DNA of 64,000 nucleotides from Candidatus Syntropharchaeum sp. (GCA_026134025.1 JAOQII010000003.1:16166-80165); one strand, 5' to 3'. Positions 38,319-49,638 are shown, numbered from the stretch's first letter. Notes: generated from the letters alone by a model not told the origin. Translations and numbers: made by a program.

Positions 38319-39140
38319 TTATCGCCTCTTCATCCTCCAGTGTCGCATGATCTTTCTTGCATGCTGCCCTTCATTCCCCTCTTCATCCCGTATCTCTCTA
38401 CCTGTGAAGTGGAGAAAGACATCCTCAAGCGATGGATCTGGAAGTTCTTCGGATCTTACCATACTTTTAAGTACACCTGGATGGTCACATACGATGATCC
38501 TTCCATGATCGATTATCGCCACCCGATCACATAGAAAATCTGCTTCCTCCATGTAGTGCGTTGTAAGAATAATTGTAACGTGCTCGGATTCGTTCATCTC
38601 TTTTATGTAACTCCAGATGTGCCTGCGCGTCTGTGCATCAAGTCCCAATGTCGGTTCATCGAGGAATAGAACATTTGGATGGTGCATAAGTCCCCTTGCA
38701 ATCTCAAGCCTCCGCTGCATCCCACCTGAATACTTTCCGAGAAGTATATCGGCTTTATCACTCAATTCCACAAGCTTAAGCACCTCCTCGACCCGCCGCT
38801 CCCGGGTGGCACGATCGAGCCCATACATCCTCGCATGAAAGTCGAGATTCTCTCTTCCTGTAAGCTTGTTATCCACGCTTGGATCCTGAAATACGACCCC
38901 TATATGTGCCCTTATCATGTCCTGATCCTTAAGTATGTCATATCCCCAGACCGTCGCAGATCCAGCGGTTGGTTTGATGAGCGTGGTAAGTATCTTGACT
39001 ATCGTCGTCTTTCCAGCTCCATTTGGACCTAAAAGTCCGAATAGCTCGCCTTTTTGAATTTTAAGACTCACATGATCGACAGCGGTAAGATCATCAAACC
39101 GCCTGACGAGGTCATGGGTCACGATCGCGGGGGCTTCCAT
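38319..39140 (-). CDS. ABC transporter ATP-binding protein (ABC-2/DrrA-like)
   Basis: Walker A GPNGAGKTT, signature YSGGMQRR, Walker B LFLDEPTLGLD. Confidence 0.85.
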   Translation of the reverse strand: MEAPAIVTHDLVRRFDDLTAVDHVSLKIQKGELFGLLGPNGAGKTTIVKILTTLIKPTAGSATVWGYDILKDQDMIRAHIGVVFQDPSVDNKLTGRENLDFHARMYGLDRATRERRVEEVLKLVELSDKADILLGKYSGGMQRRLEIARGLMHHPNVLFLDEPTLGLDAQTRRHIWSYIKEMNESEHVTIILTTHYMEEADFLCDRVAIIDHGRIIVCDHPGVLKSMVRSEELPDPSLEDVFLHFTGREIRDEEGNEGQHARKIMRHWRMKRR

Positions 39141-39218
39141 AGTAATCGAAGATCGCTGGTGTGTTATGAAGGTTTCTCCATCAAAAGATAAATATCAGAT
39201 AGAAGCGAAGTTACCATC

Positions 39219-39752
39219 ATGGATATGGATAGAAGAAGACCGTTGATCATGATCGCAGTACTGACATTGATAACAGCTGGAGCACTCATAATTGAATTCT
39301 CAAATGATGAGGTGGAAGATGTTTCAGCCACCCCTGGAGCAACACCAGCATCATCTTCTCAGGAAGTGAGTGGCAGGATTGTCTCGATCGAGTTCGATAA
39401 GCCAAGTTACAACGCTGGAGATAAAGTAAAGGTCAGCCTCAATTTTGAGAATACCGGGGAAGCGGATCTCACCAGTGAAGAGGTTGTGATCAGGGCATAC
39501 TGTGAGAATCTTGATAGTATGCTTGGAAAAATGGCTTTGAAGACCCTGAGCGACGAAGAGCGATCGAAGACAATCAGACTGAAATATACCGTTAACGTAA
39601 AGCCAGGTGAAACTGGAACGCTCAGCGCGAGTTTTCAGACAGATGCAGAGATGGAAGGTGTGAGTCTTGCAGGCGATTACGAGGTTACAGTGACATTGAA
39701 GGGCAACGGTGTAACCTTAGCCGAGAAAAAGCTTAATCTCAGGCTCAATTAA
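39219..39752 (+). CDS. Exported/membrane-anchored hypothetical protein with a beta-sandwich-like domain
   Basis: N-terminal TM/signal anchor IMIAVLTLITAGALII followed by a Ser/Thr linker and a beta-rich domain. Confidence 0.45.
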   Translation: MDMDRRRPLIMIAVLTLITAGALIIEFSNDEVEDVSATPGATPASSSQEVSGRIVSIEFDKPSYNAGDKVKVSLNFENTGEADLTSEEVVIRAYCENLDSMLGKMALKTLSDEERSKTIRLKYTVNVKPGETGTLSASFQTDAEMEGVSLAGDYEVTVTLKGNGVTLAEKKLNLRLN

Positions 39753-39768
39753 ATCTGAGAACTCAGTA

Positions 39769-40359
39769 ATGCCTATATTCACCGATCTTGTCGACTGGAC
39801 GATCGCGATCCTCGAACCTTATGGATCTGCAGGGCTGTTTCTGCTTGCATTCATCGAATCATCGTTCTTCCCGGTCCCACCAGATATGCTTCTCATTGGT
39901 CTCGCTCTCCTGGCCCCGGCGGATGCGATCCTTTACGGCGTTATCGCAACGGTCGGATCGGTCCTGGGTGGTATATTCGGATACTGGATTGGATTTAAGG
40001 TTGGTGAGCCAGTACTTGAGCGTTTTGTTAAGAAGGAGCATATCGAGAATGTCCATGACTATTTTAACCGATATGAGGCGTGGGCTGTTGGTATAGCAGG
40101 TCTTACGCCGATACCCTACAAGGTCTTCACGATCGCAGCAGGGATATTCTATCTAAATCCTGGTAGATTTATCATCGCATCCCTGATCGGTAGAGGACTG
40201 AGATTCATGACAGAGGGTGTTGTACTCTACCTCTATGGAGAGCAGATCGTTGATTTTCTTAAGCTTTATTTTGGATGGATCACGATCCTCGTTACGATCA
40301 TCGCCATTCTTATTGTAGTCGCATATTACAGGTTGAGAGGGGATTGGGGTATAAAATGA
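39769..40359 (+). CDS. DedA/SNARE-associated (TVP38) family membrane protein
   Basis: Motif FIESSFFPVPPD and multiple TM helices. Confidence 0.7.
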   Translation: MPIFTDLVDWTIAILEPYGSAGLFLLAFIESSFFPVPPDMLLIGLALLAPADAILYGVIATVGSVLGGIFGYWIGFKVGEPVLERFVKKEHIENVHDYFNRYEAWAVGIAGLTPIPYKVFTIAAGIFYLNPGRFIIASLIGRGLRFMTEGVVLYLYGEQIVDFLKLYFGWITILVTIIAILIVVAYYRLRGDWGIK

Positions 40360-41252
40360 GTTCTGATAAAAAAATTACGCGAGCATGGGCGCCATCGCAC
40401 ATCACAGGTTTCTTTGTGATCCACCGGGAACCCGATCCACTTAGAAGCGGATCATGCGGGTGTGGGATCGTGCTTGAGGCAGGGTGTGAGGTCACCGCAT
40501 CCTTCGCTGATGAGTATGAGATCCTTGTGAACGGCTCAAAGATCGAGGCAAGAACAACGATGCGGGTTGTGAAGAAGCTCGCAGACCGACCTGTCAGGAT
40601 TGAATGCTTACATCAAACACCTGTTGGTGGTGGTTTTGGTGCATCTGCTGCATCCGCTCTTGCAACGGCGTATGCCCTCAATGAACTCTTTTCTCTCGGA
40701 AAGACGGGTATGGAACTTGGACAGATCGCACATATTGCAGAGGTTGAGGAGGTTACAGGTCTTGGAGATGTTATCGCAGCAGACCGCGGGGGGGTTGTCC
40801 TTAGAAAGAAGGCGGGAGGGCCTGGTTTTGGGATTCTTGATTCGATTCCCTCCTGCGAGCATGAAATATTTTATGTCGTGCTTGGAAAATGCTCAACAAA
40901 AGCGATTTTAACAGATGAGGATGCGGCGCGTGCGATAAATCGTGCTGGAAGTTATGCTTTGAAAGAGATCCTCAAGAAGCCAACCTTTTCTCGGTTCATG
41001 CAACTCTCAAAGGAGTTCAGTGAAAAAACAGGACTTTTAAGTTCCAGGACAGCGGATGCGATTGAAGCTGTTGAATTCGCAGGTGGTATGGCATCAATGG
41101 CGATGCTCGGCGATGCTGTATTTGCTGTTGGGGATCGTAAAGTGAGATCAACGCTTGAGGCGTTTGGTGAGGTGGGGGTAACAAGGATTACGCATTCGAG
41201 GGTCAGATTGGAGAAGGATTCAAATAGCGATAATACGCCCAGAACGGCATGA
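40356..41252 (+). CDS. GHMP-family kinase, probably pantoate kinase of archaeal CoA biosynthesis
   Basis: GHMP ATP-binding loop PVGGGFGASAAS; N-terminus AWAPSHITGFF; start inferred at the internal Met (ATGA overlap with dedA). Shikimate kinase is an alternative assignment. Confidence 0.55.
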   Translation: MSSDKKITRAWAPSHITGFFVIHREPDPLRSGSCGCGIVLEAGCEVTASFADEYEILVNGSKIEARTTMRVVKKLADRPVRIECLHQTPVGGGFGASAASALATAYALNELFSLGKTGMELGQIAHIAEVEEVTGLGDVIAADRGGVVLRKKAGGPGFGILDSIPSCEHEIFYVVLGKCSTKAILTDEDAARAINRAGSYALKEILKKPTFSRFMQLSKEFSEKTGLLSSRTADAIEAVEFAGGMASMAMLGDAVFAVGDRKVRSTLEAFGEVGVTRITHSRVRLEKDSNSDNTPRTA

Positions 41253-41484
41253 TGCACTCGTTTCTTTTCATTGGGTACTCACTTGCATTTGGTCAGGAAA
41301 TGCATCCCTCGCTCGAGAGAAGTTCGAGTTATTCCTGTCTATGAGTTTCAGGGCGCTTTTCGTAATGAATTACTACCTCCTTAAGGACGGTTGATAAAGA
41401 TAGGATTGTGGCGTGTTTTGGGCATAAGTAAGCGGGGCTGGTTTAATCTCTTCTGGCATAACTTTAATAATTACAAGGGCGGTA

Positions 41485-41673
41485 ATGAACGTTATGAAGC
41501 GTGAGCTTATGGAGATTCTTGCGTGCCCTGTCTGCAAAGGCGATCTTGAACTTGAGGTTACGATCGAGGGTGATGAGATCGAGGCAGGGTACTTACGATG
41601 TTTGGTTTGCGGCATAACGTATCCGATCGAGGATGGGATCCCAAATATGCTACCACCAGAATTAAGGGCATAA
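41485..41673 (+). CDS. trm112: Trm112-like zinc-finger protein (methyltransferase activator)
   Basis: 62 aa; CPVCKG...CLVCGITYPIEDGIPNMLP is the canonical Trm112/DUF343 pattern. Confidence 0.75.
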   Translation: MNVMKRELMEILACPVCKGDLELEVTIEGDEIEAGYLRCLVCGITYPIEDGIPNMLPPELRA

Positions 41674-41674
41674 G

Positions 41675-42322
41675 ATGCTGGATATGGAACAGAAAGTACA
41701 TATAGGGAGAAAAGGCCCAGACTCAATTGAGTTCGATCATGGAGAGATGAGGCTACCCATGCACCCAGGCGATGAGGTCAGCTTCACGATCACGATCATA
41801 AACTACACGATCCCAACCCACGTCCACCTCGCCGTGAGCAGGGAACTTAAAGGATATCTATCGATCATAAATGACAACCCATACGTCCGAACCGAGGAGA
41901 AAGTCCCGGTTCTTGCGAGGCTTCCAAAAGATAGTGGCGATGGTGTATATACCGGCAAGATTCATATTATAAGCGGATACGGCTCTGCAAAGGGCGGCTT
42001 CACGATCACGTTGGGAGGGGAGGATAGGAAGAGTGAGCGAAAAAGTACTTTCATCGAGAAGGATCCGATAAAGGTTGAGATGCTACCCAAACGCATCCGT
42101 GGGATCAAGATCAGGGAGAAAACCCCTCTCAAAGGTAGAAGAAAATCGGTCAAATTGCCGGAAGATCTGAAAATCTTAATCGGCATAACTTCAACGATCT
42201 TGATCCTGCTTCTCTACGTCTTCCTCCTCAATCCGGCATCGTTCTGGGCTTCTCTTCTCGCTTCGATTGGAGTTATGCTTCTAATATTCTACATCTTTAA
42301 TATCTACAGGAGTCAGGGATGA
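41675..42322 (+). CDS. Hypothetical protein with a beta-sandwich domain and a C-terminal TM anchor
   Basis: Starts 2 nt after the trm112 stop; C-terminal hydrophobic segments. Confidence 0.4.
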   Translation: MLDMEQKVHIGRKGPDSIEFDHGEMRLPMHPGDEVSFTITIINYTIPTHVHLAVSRELKGYLSIINDNPYVRTEEKVPVLARLPKDSGDGVYTGKIHIISGYGSAKGGFTITLGGEDRKSERKSTFIEKDPIKVEMLPKRIRGIKIREKTPLKGRRKSVKLPEDLKILIGITSTILILLLYVFLLNPASFWASLLASIGVMLLIFYIFNIYRSQG

Positions 42323-43899
42323 AATATATTATCGTGACAGGCGGTGTGATGAGCGGGCTTGGAAAAGGGATTACAGCAGCCTCTATCGGACGTCTGCTCA
42401 AGAACAAAGGATTCAGGGTGACTGCGATCAAGATAGACCCCTACCTCAACTGCGATGCAGGGACGATGAACCCGTTTCAGCACGGCGAGGTCTACATATT
42501 GAAAGACGGTGGTGAGGTCGATCTTGATCTTGGACATTATGAGCGGTTTATGAATGTGGAGTTTGAGAAGGATCACAACATTACAACAGGAAAGATCTAC
42601 CGCGCTGTCATCGAGAAGGAGCGACGAGGCGAGTATCTCGGATCGACCGTCCAGATCATACCGCACATAACAAATGAGATCAAGGATACAATCAGGAAGG
42701 TTGCAGAAAAGAGCGGTGCTGAGATTTGTATTGTAGAGGTTGGTGGTACGGTCGGTGATATCGAGTCGATGCCATTTTTAGAGGCTGTCAGGCAGATGCA
42801 CAGAGAAAACCCCGATGATTGTATATTCATCCATGTTACGCTCGTTCCAACCGACTCGATGGGTGATCAGAAGACAAAACCGTCACAGCACTCAGTAAAG
42901 GAGTTGAGGGAAGTTGGAATCCACCCCGATATCATCGTTGTGAGATCAAAAGATCGGTTGAACCCTTCTGCCCGTGATAAACTCGCTCTTTTCTGTGATG
43001 TCCCACTTGCGGCTGTTATCAGTGCGTATGATGCTAAAGAGATCTATGAGGTGCCGCTTATCCTTGAAGAAGAGGGTATCTCTGATTATCTGCTCGATCG
43101 TTTCAAGCTCACATCCGAGGTAGATGATACGAGATGGAATGATATGGTTGCAAAGATGCGATCGCTTGATAAACGTGTCAGGATTGCTGTCGTTGGAAAG
43201 TACACGGAGATAGAGGATGCGTACCTCTCGATAAAGGAGGCGCTTAAACATGCAGGCGTTGATGCGGGCTGCCTGGTTGATATAAACTGGGTTGAAGCAG
43301 AGGAACTTGAAACTATGGATGATCTGGATGAGGTATTCGGTGACGTCGGCGGCATCCTTGTTCCAGGTGGATTTGGGATCAGGGGCTCTGAAGGCAAGAT
43401 AAAAGCGATTGAGTATGCGAGGGAGAATCGAATACCCTTTTTGGGTCTCTGCTTTGGATTCCAGCTTGCGGTCGTTGAGTTTGCCAGGAATGTTCTCGGC
43501 CTGGAAGGAGCATCGAGTGCTGAGATCACAGATACGCCATTTCCTGTGATCGAGATACTACCTGAGCAGCGAGATATCGAGAATATGGGTGGTACGATGC
43601 GGCTCGGAAATTCTGAGATCACGGTCTTGAAGGGTACGCGCGCTTACGAAATCTACGGGGAAGAACAGATCGTTGAGCGACACAGACACAGATATGAGGT
43701 GAATCCAGCGTACATAACTGCCATAGAAGATAAAGGCATGATATTTTCAGGAAAGAACGGTAACAGAATGGAAATTGTAGAGATCCCATCACACCCGTTC
43801 TTCATTGGAACGCAGTTTCACCCTGAGTTTAAGTCAAAGCCTGATAACCCGGCACCGGTATTCAGGGCGTTTGTGAGGGCGGTCAGAGGAGATGACTGA
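42319..43899 (+). CDS. pyrG: CTP synthase
   Basis: N-terminus [17 protein letters not shown]; glutamine amidotransferase domain with GLCFGFQ and HPEF. Confidence 0.95.
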   Translation: MKYIIVTGGVMSGLGKGITAASIGRLLKNKGFRVTAIKIDPYLNCDAGTMNPFQHGEVYILKDGGEVDLDLGHYERFMNVEFEKDHNITTGKIYRAVIEKERRGEYLGSTVQIIPHITNEIKDTIRKVAEKSGAEICIVEVGGTVGDIESMPFLEAVRQMHRENPDDCIFIHVTLVPTDSMGDQKTKPSQHSVKELREVGIHPDIIVVRSKDRLNPSARDKLALFCDVPLAAVISAYDAKEIYEVPLILEEEGISDYLLDRFKLTSEVDDTRWNDMVAKMRSLDKRVRIAVVGKYTEIEDAYLSIKEALKHAGVDAGCLVDINWVEAEELETMDDLDEVFGDVGGILVPGGFGIRGSEGKIKAIEYARENRIPFLGLCFGFQLAVVEFARNVLGLEGASSAEITDTPFPVIEILPEQRDIENMGGTMRLGNSEITVLKGTRAYEIYGEEQIVERHRHRYEVNPAYITAIEDKGMIFSGKNGNRMEIVEIPSHPFFIGTQFHPEFKSKPDNPAPVFRAFVRAVRGDD

Positions 43900-44824
43900 G
43901 ATCTCAGTTCAGCGGAAGATCATCGAGATTTTGAGGATCTTAAGCGAGAGTGGGGTGCCAGTGGGCGCGAGACGGATCGGAGACCTCCTGAGTGAGCGGG
44001 GCTACAACATTGGCGAGCGTGCTGTGCGATACCATCTAAGCCTCCTCGATGAGCGGGGATTCACGAAGAAACACGGCTATCTCGGGCGAACGATCACGGA
44101 TCTTGGCAGAAAGGAGCTTGAAGAGGCACTTGTAACAGACCGACTCAATTTCGTAATGACAGGGGTTGAGTCGATGATCTATCAAACCTCATTCGATCTC
44201 GAGCAGGGTGATGGCGACGTTGTTGTCAACCTCTCTGTGATCGATAAAGATCGTTCGGATGATGCGTTAAGGTTGCTTGGGGAGGTTGCATCTTCAGGGC
44301 TTGCATCACCATATATCAAGCTCGTAGATGAGGGAGAAATGATATGCACAGAGGTCGTGGCAGAAGGGAAGTCTGTTATCGCAACATTCTGCAGTATAAC
44401 GGTCGATGGAGTTCTTCTCAAAGCTGGAATTCCTGCAGAACTAAAATTTGGCGGTCTTGTAAGGCTAAAAGATCGTGAGTTTGAGGGATTTGTGGAGTAC
44501 ATCGGCTATAAAGGTACGACAATCAATCCAATAAAGATTTTTCTCTCAAAACAGATGACAGATGTATCTGGTGCCATGAAGGCAGATGGAGATGGATTGA
44601 TCCTTGCAAACTTCCGTGAGATCCCTGAGATTGCAGAAGAGAAAGTGAGAAAGGTCTTAACTGAACTGAAGGATATTGGGATCGCTGAATGGATATACGA
44701 GCAGGGGGGGCTTGTCCTGTATGCGGGCGTAAATGGGATTGCATACCTTGAGGAGAAAGGGATTAAGACAGATACAAGACCGAACGCGGCGTTGATGCCG
44801 TTTAGTGAGATGGTGGAGGTTTGA
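43892..44824 (+). CDS. nrpR: NrpR-family nitrogen regulatory repressor (short form: wHTH plus one NrpR/DUF128 domain)
   Basis: N-terminal winged HTH ([40 protein letters not shown]) followed by a DUF128-like domain; overlaps pyrG and aroA. Confidence 0.55.
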   Translation: MTEISVQRKIIEILRILSESGVPVGARRIGDLLSERGYNIGERAVRYHLSLLDERGFTKKHGYLGRTITDLGRKELEEALVTDRLNFVMTGVESMIYQTSFDLEQGDGDVVVNLSVIDKDRSDDALRLLGEVASSGLASPYIKLVDEGEMICTEVVAEGKSVIATFCSITVDGVLLKAGIPAELKFGGLVRLKDREFEGFVEYIGYKGTTINPIKIFLSKQMTDVSGAMKADGDGLILANFREIPEIAEEKVRKVLTELKDIGIAEWIYEQGGLVLYAGVNGIAYLEEKGIKTDTRPNAALMPFSEMVEV

Positions 44825-44825
44825 G

Positions 44826-46097
44826 ATGGATCTGATCGTCAGGCCATCGGGTCTATCAGGTGAGATAACAGTTCCAGGATCGAAATCACACACGATAAGG
44901 GCGCTTGTTATAGCCTCTCTTGCAGATGGCAGATCACTGATCGATGCCCCGCTTCTTTCTGAGGATACATCAGCATGTATGGGTGCGTGCAGAGCTCTGG
45001 GTGCAAATGTCGAGCTAAAAGAGAATCGCGTTCTGGTTGATGGGTTTGGTGGGAAACCAGAGCCTCAGGTCGATCTGATCAATATCGGAAACTCCGGTAC
45101 ATCGCTTAGGTTTTTGACGTCTGTTGCAGCACTGGGCGAGCGGTCTGTGATCTTCGATGGTGATGCCTCGATAAGGAAGCGGCCGATGCGGTCGTTGCTC
45201 GATGCACTATCACGTCTTGGTGCCGTGACTTCATCGCTTGAAGGTGACGGCTACTGCCCGATCGAGGTTAAAGGCCCATTGAAAGGCGGAGAAGCTACGG
45301 TTGATGGAATCACATCGCAGTATATCTCATCCCTCCTTATAGCGACACCGCTTGCAGCAGAAGACTCAACGCTCTGGGTTGATAACCTGCGTGAGATCCC
45401 ATACGTTGAGATGACACTTTACTGGCTCAAAAAGCAGGGAATAGTCTATGAACAGGAAAAAATGCGCCTTTTTAAGGTTGAAGGATCTCAGCGCTATAAG
45501 CCGTTTGATTGCAGGATTCCAGGGGACTTCTCATCAGCCACATTCCCGCTCTGTGCTGCTGCGATAACAGACGCTGATATTACGGTAAGAGGGCTTGATA
45601 TCAACGATACGCAGGGTGATAAGGGCGTTATCGATCTTTTGAGGAGGATGGGTAGTAAGATAACGTTTCTCGATGACGGCGTGAGGGTTAGCGGTAGAAG
45701 AGGGGATCTTGAGGGGATTGAGATCGATCTATCAGACATGCCTGATGCACTTCCAGCTCTGGCGGTCGTTGGTGCTGTTTCAAAGGGCACGACGGTCATA
45801 AAGAACGCATACCAGGCAAGGATCAAGGAGAGTGACAGGATCGCTGTTATGGCTCGCGAACTCTCCAGGATGGGAGCAGATGTTAAAGAGCTTGAGGATG
45901 GGCTCATTCTTCGTGGCAGACGGCTCAAAGGCGCGAAGGTTGAGGGACATCGTGATCATCGGGTTGTTATGGCGCTCGCCATTGCAGGGCTTGTTGCAGA
46001 GGGGGAGACCGTGATCGATGGGCTTGAATTTGTGAATATAACATTTCCAGGGTTTGTTGAATCGATGAAGAAAATTGGAGCTGATATACGTCTTTAA
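44826..46097 (+). CDS. aroA: 3-phosphoshikimate 1-carboxyvinyltransferase (EPSP synthase)
   Basis: GSKSHTIRAL, NSGTSLRFL, two-domain enolpyruvyl transferase. Confidence 0.9.
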   Translation: MDLIVRPSGLSGEITVPGSKSHTIRALVIASLADGRSLIDAPLLSEDTSACMGACRALGANVELKENRVLVDGFGGKPEPQVDLINIGNSGTSLRFLTSVAALGERSVIFDGDASIRKRPMRSLLDALSRLGAVTSSLEGDGYCPIEVKGPLKGGEATVDGITSQYISSLLIATPLAAEDSTLWVDNLREIPYVEMTLYWLKKQGIVYEQEKMRLFKVEGSQRYKPFDCRIPGDFSSATFPLCAAAITDADITVRGLDINDTQGDKGVIDLLRRMGSKITFLDDGVRVSGRRGDLEGIEIDLSDMPDALPALAVVGAVSKGTTVIKNAYQARIKESDRIAVMARELSRMGADVKELEDGLILRGRRLKGAKVEGHRDHRVVMALAIAGLVAEGETVIDGLEFVNITFPGFVESMKKIGADIRL

Positions 46098-46111
46098 TCT
46101 CAAAATGTTAA

Positions 46112-46185
46112 TGGGGCCGCTGAGATTCGAACTCAAGTCCGAGGACCCCCAGTCCCCGAGGATGACCAGGCTACCCTACGGCCCC
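46112..46185 (-). tRNA. tRNA-Pro (anticodon GGG), no intron
   Basis: Reverse complement folds as acceptor GGGGCCG/CGGCCCC plus A73, anticodon stem GGGGA/TCCTC with loop CTGGGGG, T arm TTGAG-TTCGAAT-CTCAG; 74 nt. Confidence 0.8.
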
Positions 46186-46260
46186 AAAGGCAGCTATCCC
46201 TGTATAACTCAATCGGGACATCCTTATAATACTTTGGTTATATGATAGACGCCTGATACC

Positions 46261-47190
46261 ATGACAAAACTCAAGCCACTCAAAGACCCCTGGGGTCGAG
46301 AAATAAGGAGTCTCAGGATCTCCCTGACGCAGCGGTGCAACCTCAACTGTATCTACTGCCACCATGAGGGCGAAAAGCATCAGAAGAAGCAAAATCAGGA
46401 GATACCGCTTGAGATGGTTGTGAGAATCGTTGAGGTTCTGAAAGGTGCTGCCGGCATCGAGCGGGTCAAGTTCTCAGGTGGTGAGCCACTTCTTCGGGAG
46501 GATCTTCCAGATATTCTTGCAAGATTACCAGACCTCAGAGATCTCTCGCTCACAACAAATGGCGTTCTGCTTGAGGAGATCGCACCGCTCCTTCATCATC
46601 AGCGACTTCGGATAAATGTGAGCCTCGATACATTGAAAGAAGATCGATACACGCGAATTACAGGCGCACCCCCAAAAATGCTTTCTCGTATACGTTCAGG
46701 GATAGATAAGGCATGCGAACTTGGGTTTTTACCGCTCAAGCTCAACTTCGTCCTGCTCAAAGGTGTGAATGATGACGAGATCTGGGACATGGTCTCATAC
46801 ATCCGTGAACTCAATGAAAAATGGGGGGAGGGGTCAGTGATACTTCAGCTCATAGAACTGCTCGACTTCGGCGGGATTGAGGGGCTCAGGGCAGATCTTA
46901 AGGTTATTGAAGAGGAACTTAAAGCGATCTCCGATGCGATGAGGTGCAGGGAGATGCACCACAGACGAAAGTATTTAATAGATGGAGTGGAGGTAGAAGT
47001 TGTGCGTCCGATGGATAACTCGGAGTTCTGTGCGAATTGCAACCGTTTGAGGGTGACATCAGACGGGAAGTTCAAGCCATGCCTTCTGAGGGATGATAAC
47101 CTCGTTGAGATCAGGGATCTGACCGATGAAGGTATCATGGACGCATTCGTGAGATCACTGGCTCTCAGAGAGCCGTTCTTTAAAGGATGA
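46261..47190 (+). CDS. moaA: GTP 3',8-cyclase MoaA (radical SAM)
   Basis: CNLNCIYC radical SAM motif plus a C-terminal second Cys cluster (CANCNRLRVTSDGKFKPC). Confidence 0.9.
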   Translation: MTKLKPLKDPWGREIRSLRISLTQRCNLNCIYCHHEGEKHQKKQNQEIPLEMVVRIVEVLKGAAGIERVKFSGGEPLLREDLPDILARLPDLRDLSLTTNGVLLEEIAPLLHHQRLRINVSLDTLKEDRYTRITGAPPKMLSRIRSGIDKACELGFLPLKLNFVLLKGVNDDEIWDMVSYIRELNEKWGEGSVILQLIELLDFGGIEGLRADLKVIEEELKAISDAMRCREMHHRRKYLIDGVEVEVVRPMDNSEFCANCNRLRVTSDGKFKPCLLRDDNLVEIRDLTDEGIMDAFVRSLALREPFFKG

Positions 47191-47209
47191 GATTGATAGG
47201 GGAATTGGT

Positions 47210-47374
47210 ATGGATGATGAAAATCTTGACGTTAAGATAGTTGTTGATGAAAATGAGATTGATACAAACCCATTCGTTAGAAGGATCGTTATTGGTGTTG
47301 TTGGAGGGTTTGCAGAGCAGTTAAATGGCGTTGATAAGAATTGGAAGCAGATCGAAATAGTTATAAAGCGATAA
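47210..47374 (+). CDS. Small hypothetical protein of 54 aa, below the ORF-track cutoff
   Basis: MDDENLDVKIVVDENEIDTNPFVRRIVIGVVGGFAEQLNGVDKNWKQIEIVIKR; coding-like composition in an otherwise empty 200-nt gap upstream of cdc48. Confidence 0.25.
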   Translation: MDDENLDVKIVVDENEIDTNPFVRRIVIGVVGGFAEQLNGVDKNWKQIEIVIKR

Positions 47375-47404
47375 TACCTAATACTATACTTGATACTGTG
47401 GGGG

Positions 47405-49618
47405 ATGGACAGGATGGATGATGAGATATATCTTACGGTAGCAAAGGCATATCCGAGGGATTTTGAGCGTGGACGCGCAGGTGTATCCCCAGAGATTGTG
47501 ACCAATTTAAAGCTCTCATACGGAGACGTAATTGAGATCGAAGGGGGAAAACAGACGGTTGCGCGGCTTTCACGGCTTAGCAAGGCAGACTGGGAGAAAG
47601 GAATTATCAGGATTGATCGATACACCAGGGAGAATGCAGAAGCCGCGATCGGAGAGCGGGTTACAGTTAGAAGGGTGGATGCTGATGCCGCTCTCGCGAT
47701 TAAGCTTGCACCGCTTGAGGGAAAAGGGGTCACTTTTGGCGGAAAGCATGTGGAGGATCTTGTGCGTTCCCAGATCATGAAACGTCCAGTCATTAAAGGT
47801 GATATTGTCCCCATAATGAGTAATACGATGCTTGGTGAGTCGCTGCCGTTTCTTGTTCTTGATGTTGAGCCCGAGATGTGTGTTATCATCACGCCAGATA
47901 CAAAAGTTGAACTTCTCGCTGATGCGGTTGAGGCTAAGGTAGACCATAACCTCTGCGGGATTACTTATGAGGATATTGGTGGATTGAAAAGAGAGATACA
48001 GCGTGTCAGAGAGATGATAGAGCTTCCTTTAAAGCACCCAGAGGTCTTCAATCGTCTTGGGGTAAAACCTCCAAAAGGTCTTCTTCTCCATGGCCCTCCG
48101 GGGTGTGGTAAGACACTGATCGCAAAGGCTGTTGCGAACGAATCAGGTGCCAGGTTCTTTGATATCGCAGGACCTGAGATCATATCAAAGTATTACGGAG
48201 AGTCAGAGAAGCATCTCAGGGAGATATTTGAGAGGGCGCGGGAAGAGGGGCCAGCTATAATATTCATTGATGAGATCGATTCAATAGCTCCAAGAAGAGA
48301 AGATGTGACCGGAGAAGTTGAGAGGAGGGTCGTGGCACAGCTTCTTACAATGATGGATGGGATCGATGATCGTGGCGAGATCGTTATAATCGGTGCGACA
48401 AACAGGGTAAATGCGATAGATCCTGCACTCAGAAGACCGGGGAGGTTTGACAGGGAGATAGAGATCAAGGTGCCGGGTTATGAGGATCGGCTTGAGATAC
48501 TCCAGGTTCACACAGCCTCGATGCCACTCGGGAATGATGTTGAGATCGAGAAGCTATCTCGTCGCATGCATGGGTATGTAGGGGCTGACATAGAGGCGGT
48601 ATGCAAGGAGGCTGCGATGATCGCATTGAGAAGGTATCTGCCCAATATAGATCTTGATAGTGACCTGATCCCTGAAGAACGCCTTGGAGAACTAATTATA
48701 ACAGCCGACGATTTTAAGCTGGCTTTAAAGGAGGTTGAGCCATCGATGATAAGAGATGTCCTGATCGAGACGCCAAATATCGGATGGAAAGATCTTGGCG
48801 GGCTTGGTGAGGTCAAAAGTAAGCTCATCGAGATGATTGAATGGCCGATAAGATCTCCAGAGCGTCTTGAAAAGCTGGGGATCACGCCACCAAGTGGAGT
48901 TCTCCTGATTGGTCCTCCTGGATGCGGGAAGACGCTTGTGGCAAAAGCCATCGCAAATGAGTCTTCTGCGAATTTTATCGCCGTTAATGGACCTGAAATC
49001 CTCTCAAAGTGGCTTGGAGAGTCAGAGCGAGGCATAAGAGATATTTTTAGAAAGGCGAGACAGGCTGCGCCATCGATCATCTTCTTTGACGAGATCGACT
49101 CGATCGCACCTGTGCGGGGCATGGGCGATTCCAGGGCATCAGAGAGGATCGTAAACCAGCTTCTGACAGAGATGGACGGTGTGCAAGGGCTTGAAGGGGT
49201 TGTAGTGCTTGGCGCAACGAACCGTCCTGAGATGGTCGACGGTGCACTCTTAAGACCAGGGAGGTTTGAAAGGATCGTGTTCATACCACCCCCATCCAGC
49301 GAGGGGCGAGACCAGATATTCAGGATTCACACAGCCTCGATGCCACTTTCTGATGATGTGAACCTTGCTGAGCTTGTTGATCTGACAGATGGTTATGTGG
49401 GGGCTGATATCAAAGCCCTGTGTACAGAAGCCGGGCACATAGCACTCAGAGAGGACTTTGATACAAAAACTGTGGGGATGAAGCATTTTATAGAAGCCCT
49501 CTCGATCATCAGGCCAACGATAGATGAGAGGACTCATGAGTTCTATGGAGAGATGGAAGCGATGTTTAAAGGTGGCAGAAGGTCTTTTGAAGCCAATGCT
49601 TATATAGGATACCGTTAA
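47405..49618 (+). CDS. cdc48: CDC48/VCP-like AAA+ ATPase (two AAA domains)
   Basis: N-domain; D1 GPPGCGKT...DEID; D2 GPPGCGKT...DEID; SRH regions. Confidence 0.9.
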   Translation: MDRMDDEIYLTVAKAYPRDFERGRAGVSPEIVTNLKLSYGDVIEIEGGKQTVARLSRLSKADWEKGIIRIDRYTRENAEAAIGERVTVRRVDADAALAIKLAPLEGKGVTFGGKHVEDLVRSQIMKRPVIKGDIVPIMSNTMLGESLPFLVLDVEPEMCVIITPDTKVELLADAVEAKVDHNLCGITYEDIGGLKREIQRVREMIELPLKHPEVFNRLGVKPPKGLLLHGPPGCGKTLIAKAVANESGARFFDIAGPEIISKYYGESEKHLREIFERAREEGPAIIFIDEIDSIAPRREDVTGEVERRVVAQLLTMMDGIDDRGEIVIIGATNRVNAIDPALRRPGRFDREIEIKVPGYEDRLEILQVHTASMPLGNDVEIEKLSRRMHGYVGADIEAVCKEAAMIALRRYLPNIDLDSDLIPEERLGELIITADDFKLALKEVEPSMIRDVLIETPNIGWKDLGGLGEVKSKLIEMIEWPIRSPERLEKLGITPPSGVLLIGPPGCGKTLVAKAIANESSANFIAVNGPEILSKWLGESERGIRDIFRKARQAAPSIIFFDEIDSIAPVRGMGDSRASERIVNQLLTEMDGVQGLEGVVVLGATNRPEMVDGALLRPGRFERIVFIPPPSSEGRDQIFRIHTASMPLSDDVNLAELVDLTDGYVGADIKALCTEAGHIALREDFDTKTVGMKHFIEALSIIRPTIDERTHEFYGEMEAMFKGGRRSFEANAYIGYR

Positions 49619-49638
49619 TCAAACTATGGGGTGATTGG

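Noticed and set aside
47155-47892. 245-aa minus-strand ORF overlapping the moaA end and the cdc48 start
   Set aside because: The translation is serine-rich low complexity (SSS, STS runs) and lies antisense to two confidently identified genes. It is a typical shadow ORF.
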